A DNA stretch of 64,000 nucleotides. Origin: Eledone cirrhosa. Its lineage: Eukaryota. Within the stretch, counting starts at the first letter, position 1. The number at the start of each line of letters is the position of its first letter. Shown one piece after another: positions 56,201-64,000 of the stretch. The notes under the pieces are model-generated. The model did no database searches, was not told the DNA's origin, and worked only from the letters and a program-made list of their open reading frames with translations. A program made the translations under genes and the position numbers. The DNA lies in the NCBI GenBank assembly GCA_964016885.1, contig OZ024744.1:40238001-40302000 (forward strand), in the 5' to 3' direction.

Positions 56201-59200
56201 TGAATCAAGGTAATGGTAGTTTCCATCAACCCAGCTTTATTTACAAAGCCTAGCTTCACCGAAGGTAATGGTAGTTTCCATCAACCCAGCATTATTTACA
56301 AAGCCTAGCTTGACTCAAGCTAATCGTAGTTTCCATCAACCCACCTTTATTTACAAAGCCTAGCTTGACTCAAGGTAATGGTAGTTTCCATCAACCCAGC
56401 TTTATTTACAAAGCCTAGCTTGACCCAAGGTAATGGTAGTTTCCATCGACCCAGCTTTATTTACAAAGCCTAGCTTGACCCCAGGTAATGGTAGTTTCCA
56501 TCAACCCAGCTTTATTTACAAAGCCTAGCTTAATTCAAGGTAATGGTAGTTTCCATCAACCCAGCTTTATTTACAAAGCGCAGCTTGACTCAAGATAATG
56601 GTAGATTCCATCAACCCAGCTTTATTTATAAAAGCCTAGCTTAATTCAAGGTAATGGTAGTTTCCATCAACCCAGCTTTATTTACAAAGCGCAGCTTGAC
56701 TCAAGATAATGGTAGATTCCATCAACCCAGCTTTATTTATAAAAGCCTAGCTTGACTCAAGGTAATGGTAGTTTCCATCAACCCAGCTTTATTTACAAGG
56801 CCTAGCTTGACTCAAGGTAATGGTAGTTTCCATCAACCCAGCTTTATTTACAAAGCCTAGCTTGACTCAAGGTAATGGTAGTTTCCATCAACCCAGCTTT
56901 ATTTACAAAGCCTAGCTTGACCCAAGGTAATGGTAGTTTCCATCAACCCAGCTTTATTTACAAAGCTTAGCTTGACTCAAGGTAATGGTAGTTTCCATCA
57001 GCCTAGCTTTATTTACAAAGTCTAGCTTGTCTCAAGGTAATGGTAGTTTCCATCAACCCAGCTTCATTTACAAAGCCTAGCTTGACTCAAGGTAATGGTA
57101 GTTTCCATCAACCCAGCTTTATTTACAAAGCCTAGCTTGACCCAAGGTAATGGTAGTTTCCATCAATCCAGCTTTATTTACAAAGCCTAGCTTGACCCAA
57201 GGTAATGGTAGTTTCCATCAACTGAGCTTTATTTAAAAAGCCTAGCGTGACTCAAGGTAATGATAGTTTCCATCAACAGAGCTTTATTTACAAAGCCTAG
57301 CGTGACCCAAGATAATGGTAGTTTCCATCAACCCAGCTTTATTTGCAAAGCCCTGCTTGACTCAAGGTAATGGTAGTTTCCATCAACCCAGCTTTATTTA
57401 CAAATCCTAGCTTGACTCAAGGTAATGGTAGTTTCCATCAACCCAGCTTTATTTACAAAGCCTAGCTTGTCTCAAGGTAATGGTAGTTTCCATCAACCCA
57501 GCTTTATTTACAAAGCCTAGGTTGACTCAAGGTAATGGTAGTTTCCATCAACCCAGCTTTATTTACAATGCCTAGCTTGACCCAAGGTAATAGTATTTTC
57601 CATCAACCAAGTTTTATTTACAAAGCCTAGCTTGACTCAAGGTAAGGGTAGGTTCCATCAACCCAGCTTTATTTACAAAGCCTAGCTTGACTCAAAGTAA
57701 TGGTAGTTTCCATCAACCCAGCTTTATTTACAATGCCTAGCTTGAATCAAGGTAATGGTAGTTTCCATCAACCCAGCTTTATTTACAAAGCCTAGCTTCA
57801 CCGAAGGTAATGGTAGTTTCCATCAACCCAGCATTATTTACAAAGCCTAGCTTGACTCAAGCTAATCGTAGTTTCCATCAACCCACCTTTATTTACAAAG
57901 CCTAGCTTGACTCAAGGTAATGGTAGTTTCCATCAACCCAGCTTTATTTACAAAGCCTAGCTTGACCCAAGGTAATGGTAGTTTCCATCGACCCAGCTTT
58001 ATTTACAAAGCCTAGCTTGACCCCAGGTAATGGTAGTTTCCATCAACCCAGCTTTATTTACAAAGCCTAGCTTAATTCAAGGTAATGGTAGTTTCCATCA
58101 ACCCAGCTTTATTTACAAAGCGCAGCTTGACTCAAGATAATGGTAGATTCCATCAACCCAGCTTTATTTATAAAAGCCTAGCTTAATTCAAGGTAATGGT
58201 AGTTTCCATCAACCCAGCTTTATTTACAAAGCGCAGCTTGACTCAAGATAATGGTAGATTCCATCAACCCAGCTTTATTTATAAAAGCCTAGCTTGACTC
58301 AAGGTAATGGTAGTTTCCATCAACCCAGCTTTATTTACAAAGCCTAGCTTGACTCAAGGTAATGGTAGTTTCCATCAACCCAGCTTTATTTACAAAGCCT
58401 AGCTTGACTCAAGGTAATGGTAGTTTCCATCAACCCAGCTTTATTTACAAAGCCTAGCTTGACCAAAGGTAATGGTAGTTTCCATCAACCCAGCTTTATT
58501 GACAAAGCCTAGCTTGACTCATGTTAATGGTAGTTTCCATCAACCCAGCTTTATTTACAAAGCCTAGCTTGATCCAAGGTAATGGTAGTTTGCATCAACC
58601 CAGCTTTATTTACAAAGCCTAGCTTGACCCAAGGTAATGGTAGTTTCCATCAACCCAGCTTTATTTACAAAGCCTAGCTTGACTCAAGATAATGGTAGTT
58701 TCCATCAACCGAGCTTTATTTACAAAGCCTAGCTTGACTCAAGGTAATGGTAGTTTCCATCAACCCATCTTTATTTACAAAGCCTAGCTTGACTCAAGGT
58801 AATGGTAGTTTCCATCAACCAAGTTTTATTTACAATGTCTAGCTTGACTCAAGGTAATGGTAGTTTCCATCAACCCAGCTTTATTTACAAAGCCTAGCTT
58901 GACCCAAAGTAATGGTAGTTTCCGTCAACCCAGCTTTATTTACAAAGCCTAGCTTGACCCAAGGTAATGGTAGTTTCCATCAACCCAGCTTTATTTACAA
59001 AGCCTAGCTTAATTCAAGGTAATGGTAGTTTCCATCAACCCAGCTTTATTTACAAAGTCTATCTTGACTCAAGGTAATGGTAGTTTCCATCAACCTAGCT
59101 TTATTTACAAATCCTAGCTTGACTCAAGGTAATGGTAGTTTCCATCAGCCCAGCTTTATTTACAAAGTCTAGCTTGTCTCAAAGTAATGGTAGTTTCCAT

Positions 59201-62200
59201 CAACCCAGCTTTATTTACAAAGCCTAGCTTGACTCAAGGTAATGGTAGTTTCCATCAGCCCAGCTTTATTTACAAAGTCTATCTTGTCTCAAGGTAATGG
59301 TAGTTTCCATCAACCCAGCTTTATTTACAATGCCTAGCTTGACCCAAGGTAATAGTAGTTTCCATCAATCCAGCTTTATTTACAAAGCCTAGCTTGACCC
59401 AAGGTAATGGTAGTTTCCATCAACTGAGCTTTATTTAAAAAGCCTAGCGTGACTCAAGGTAATGATAGTTTCCATCAACCCAGCTTTATTTACAAAGCCT
59501 AGCTTGACCCAAGATAATGGCAGTTTCCATCAACCCAGCTTTATTTGCAAAGCCCTGCTTGACGCAGGGAAATGGTAGTTTCCATCAACCCAGCTTTATT
59601 TACAAAGCCTAGCTTGACTCAAGGTAATGGTAGTTTCCATCAACCCAGCTTTATTTACAAAGTCTAGCTTGTCTCAAGGTAATGGTAGTTTCCATCAACC
59701 CAGCTTTATTTACAAAGCCTAGCTTGACTCAAGGTAATGGTAGTTTCCATCAGCCCAGCTTTATTTACAAAGTCTAGCTTGTCTCAAGGTAATGGTAGTT
59801 TCCATCAACCCAGCTTTATTTACAATGCCTAGCTTGACCCAAGGTAATAGTAATTTCCATCAACCAAGTTTTATTTACAAAGCCTAGCTTGACTCAAGGT
59901 AAGGGTAGTTTCCATCAACCCAGCTTTATTTACAAAGCCTAGCTTGACTCAAGGTAATGGTAGTTTCCATCAACCCAGCTTTATTTACAATGCCTAGCTT
60001 GAATCAACGAAATGGTAGTTTCCATCAACCCAGCTTTATTTACAAAGTCTAGCTTGACTCAAGAAAATGGTAGTTTCCATCAACCCAGCTTTATTTACAA
60101 AGCCTAGCTTCACTGAATGTAATCGTAGTTTCCATCAACCCAGCATTATTTACAAAGCCTAGCTTGACTCAAGGTAAAGGTAGTTTCCATCAACCCAGCT
60201 TTATTTACACAGCCTAGCTTGACTCAAGGTAATGGAAGTTTCCATCAACCCAGTATTATTTACAAAGCCTAGCTTGACTCAAGGTAATGGTAGTTTCCAT
60301 CAACCCAGCTTTATTTACAAAGCCTAGCTTGACCCAAGGTAATGGTAGTTTCCATCAACCCAGCTTTATTTACAAAGCCTAGCTTGACCCAAGGTAATGG
60401 TAGTTTCCATCAACCCAGCTTTATTTACAAAGCCTAGCTTGACCCAAGGTAATGGTAGTTTCCATCAACCCAGCTTTATTTACAAAGCTTAGCTTGACTC
60501 AAGGTAATGGTAGTTTCCATCAGCCTAGCTTTATTTACAAAGTCTAGCTTGTCTCAAGGTAATGGTAGTTTCCATCAACCCAGCATCATTTACAAAGCCT
60601 AGCTTGACTCAAGGTAATGGTAGTTTACATCAGCCTAGCTTTATTTACAAAGTCTAGCTTGTCTCAAGGTAATGGTAGTTTCCATCAACCCAGCTTTATT
60701 TACAAAGCCTAGCTTGACCCAAGGTAATGGTAGTTTCCATCAATCCAGCTTTATTTACAAAGCCTAGCTTGACCCAAGGTAATGGTAGTTTCCATCAACT
60801 GAGCTTTATTTAAAAAGACTAGCGTGACTCAAGGTAATGATAGTTTCCATCAACAGAGCTTTATTTACAAAGCCTAGCGTGACCCAAGATAATGGTAGTT
60901 TCCATCAACCCAGCTTTATTTGCAAAGCCCTGCTTGACTCAAGGTAATGGTAGTTTCCATCAACCCAGCTTTATTTACAAATCCTAGCTTGACTCAAGGT
61001 AATGGTAGTTTCCATCAACCCAGCTTTATTTACAAAGCCTAGCTTGTCTCAAGGTAATGGTAGTTTCCATCAACCCAGCTTTATTTACAAAGCCTAGGTT
61101 GACTCAAGGTAATGGTAGTTTCCATCAACCCAGCTTTATTTACAATGCCTAGCTTGACCCAAGGTAATAGTATATTCCATCAACCAAGTTTTATTTACAA
61201 AGCCTAGCTTGACTCAAGGTAAGGGTAGGTTCCATCAACCCAGCTTTATTTACAAAGCCTAGCTTGACTCAAAGTAATGGTAGTTTCCATCAACCCAGCT
61301 TTATTTACAATGCCTAGCTTGAATCAAGGTAATGGTAGTTTCCATCAACCCAGCTTTATTTACAAAGCCTAGCTTCACCGAAGGTAATGGTAGTTTCCAT
61401 CAACCCAGCATTATTTACAAAGCCTAGCTTGACTCAAGCTAATCGTAGTTTCCATCAACCCACCTTTATTTACAAAGCCTAGCTTGACTCAAGGTAATGG
61501 TAGTTTCCATCAACCCAGCTTTATTTACAAAGCCTAGCTTGACCCAAGGTAATGGTAGTTTCCATCGACCCAGCTTTATTTACAAAGCCTAGCTTGACCC
61601 CAGGTAATGGTAGTTTCCATCAACCCAGCTTTATTTACAAAGCCTAGCTTAATTCAAGGTAATGGTAGTTTCCATCAACCCAGCTTTATTTACAAAGCGC
61701 AGCTTGACTCAAGATAATGGTAGATTCCATCAACCCAGCTTTATTTATAAAAGCCTAGCTTAATTCAAGGTAATGGTAGTTTCCATCAACCCAGCTTTAT
61801 TTACAAAGCGCAGCTTGACTCAAGATAATGGTAGATTCCATCAACCCAGCTTTATTTATAAAAGCCTAGCTTGACTCAAGGTAATGGTAGTTTCCATCAA
61901 CCCAGCTTTATTTACAAGGCCTAGCTTGACTCAAGGTAATGGTAGTTTCCATCAACCCAGCTTTATTTACAAAGCCTAGCTTGACTCAAGGTAATGGTAG
62001 TTTCCATCAACCCAGCTTTATTTACAAAGCCTAGCTTGACCCAAGGTAATGGTAGTTTCCATCAACCCAGCTTTATTTACAAAGCTTAGCTTGACTCAAG
62101 GTAATGGTAGTTTCCATCAGCCTAGCTTTATTTACAAAGTCTAGCTTGTCTCAAGGTAATGGTAGTTTCCATCAACCCAGCTTCATTTACAAAGCCTAGC

Positions 62201-63490
62201 TTGACTCAAGGTAATGGTAGTTTCCATCAACCCAGCTTTATTTACAAAGCCTAGCTTGACCCAAGGTAATGGTAGTTTCCATCAATCCAGCTTTATTTAC
62301 AAAGCCTAGCTTGACCCAAGGTAATGGTAGTTTCCATCAACTGAGCTTTATTTAAAAAGCCTAGCGTGACTCAAGGTAATGATAGTTTCCATCAACAGAG
62401 CTTTATTTACAAAGCCTAGCGTGACCCAAGATAATGGTAGTTTCCATCAACCCAGCTTTATTTGCAAAGCCCTGCTTGACTCAAGGTAATGGTAGTTTCC
62501 ATCAACCCAGCTTTATTTACAAATCCTAGCTTGACTCAAGGTAATGGTAGTTTCCATCAACCCAGCTTTATTTACAAAGCCTAGCTTGTCTCAAGGTAAT
62601 GGTAGTTTCCATCAACCCAGCTTTATTTACAAAGCCTAGGTTGACTCAAGGTAATGGTAGTTTCCATCAACCCAGCTTTATTTACAATGCCTAGCTTGAC
62701 CCAAGGTAATAGTATTTTCCATCAACCAAGTTTTATTTACAAAGCCTAGCTTGACTCAAGGTAAGGGTAGGTTCCATCAACCCAGCTTTATTTACAAAGC
62801 CTAGCTTGACTCAAAGTAATGGTAGTTTCCATCAACCCAGCTTTATTTACAATGCCTAGCTTGAATCAAGGTAATGGTAGTTTCCATCAACCCAGCTTTA
62901 TTTACAAAGCCTAGCTTCACCGAAGGTAATGGTAGTTTCCATCAACCCAGCATTATTTACAAAGCCTAGCTTGACTCAAGCTAATCGTAGTTTCCATCAA
63001 CCCACCTTTATTTACAAAGCCTAGCTTGACTCAAGGTAATGGTAGTTTCCATCAACCCAGCTTTATTTACAAAGCCTAGCTTGACCCAAGGTAATGGTAG
63101 TTTCCATCGACCCAGCTTTATTTACAAAGCCTAGCTTGACCCCAGGTAATGGTAGTTTCCATCAACCCAGCTTTATTTACAAAGCCTAGCTTAATTCAAG
63201 GTAATGGTAGTTTCCATCAACCCAGCTTTATTTACAAAGCGCAGCTTGACTCAAGATAATGGTAGATTCCATCAACCCAGCTTTATTTATAAAAGCCTAG
63301 CTTAATTCAAGGTAATGGTAGTTTCCATCAACCCAGCTTTATTTACAAAGCGCAGCTTGACTCAAGATAATGGTAGATTCCATCAACCCAGCTTTATTTA
63401 TAAAAGCCTAGCTTGACTCAAGGTAATGGTAGTTTCCATCAACCCAGCTTTATTTACAAAGCCTAGCTTGACTCAAGGTAATGGTAGTTT
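53250..63490 (+). repeat. Tandem duplication of a 93-monomer block (5119 bp) containing nested 28-monomer repeats
   Basis: Markers at 53382/58501, 54882/60001, 55054/60173 and 56319/61438. Nested gctaatcg at 56319/57861 and 61438/62980 (offset 1542). Confidence 0.9.
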
Positions 63491-64000
63491 CCATCAACCC
63501 AGCTTTATTTACAAAGCCTAGCTTGACTCAAGGTAATGGTAGTTTCCATCAACCCAGCTTTATTTACAAAGCCTAGCTTGACTCAAGGTAATGGTAGTTT
63601 CCATCAACCCAGCTTTATTTACAAAGCTTAGCTTGACTCAAGGTAATGGTAGTTTCCATCAGCCTAGCTTTATTTACAAAGTCTAGCTTGTCTCAAGGTA
63701 ATGGTAGTTTCCATCAACCCAGCTTCATTTACAAAGCCTAGCTTGACTCAAGGTAATGGTAGTTTCCATCAACCCAGCTTTATTTACAAAGCCTAGCTTG
63801 ACCCAAGGTAATGGTAGTTTCCATCAATCCAGCTTTATTTACAAAGCCTAGCTTGACCCAAGGTAATGGTAGTTTCCATCAACTGAGCTTTATTTAAAAA
63901 GCCTAGCGTGACTCAAGGTAATGATAGTTTCCATCAACAGAGCTTTATTTACAAAGCCTAGCGTGACCCAAGATAATGGTAGTTTCCATCAACCCAGCTT

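Larger units (their letters stand above)
2963..64000 (+). repeat. 55-bp satellite DNA array, ~1,110 head-to-tail monomers, running off the window end
   Basis: The same 10-base register recurs every 110 bp (two monomers). Consensus is AGTTTCCATCAACCCAGCTTTATTTACAAAGCCTAGCTTGAC[T/C]CAAGGTAATGGT. Monomers typically differ by 0-5 substitutions, with rare 1-bp indels. I saw no inversion or foreign insert. Confidence 0.99.

Noticed and set aside
2963-64000. CRISPR array or repeat-spacer system
   Set aside because: There are no unique spacers: the whole 55 bp is repeated with point variants. No cas genes are present and the context is eukaryotic.
2963-64000. Repetitive protein-coding exon or tandem small-RNA gene cluster
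   Set aside because: 55 is not a multiple of 3, both strands have frequent stop triplets, and the ORF track reports nothing here. The monomer has no Pol III A/B boxes, cloverleaf or long hairpin.
2963-64000. Telomeric repeat or firm centromere call
   Set aside because: No TTAGGG arrays are present. Centromere function cannot be inferred from sequence alone.

Overview
AT-rich eukaryotic DNA. The repeat families resemble my recollection of Octopus/cephalopod SINEs, but this is unverified. The first ~3 kb hold the last coding exon (300-444) and probable 3'UTR of an ABHD11-like alpha/beta-hydrolase gene that the ORF track misses. Four tRNA-headed SINE copies or fragments follow, then an 8-copy, ~112-148-bp degenerate tandem repeat (1986-2950). 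From 2963 to the window end, about 95% of the window is one uninterrupted head-to-tail satellite with a 55-bp monomer (consensus AGTTTCCATCAACCCAGCTTTATTTACAAAGCCTAGCTTGAC[T/C]CAAGGTAATGGT; ~1,110 copies by length/55). The array has nested higher-order repeats of variable length (2, 4, 10, 27, 28, 31, 58, 66, 70, 88, 90 and 93 monomers), and its variants form positional layers. The monomer appears to be an amplified, CpG-decayed piece of a SINE body, with the parent flank still visible at the array edge. It carries a Forkhead-type site and a palindromic AP-1 site switched by the T/C dimorphism. Both supplied ORFs are judged spurious. No CRISPR, rRNA or prokaryotic system is present.
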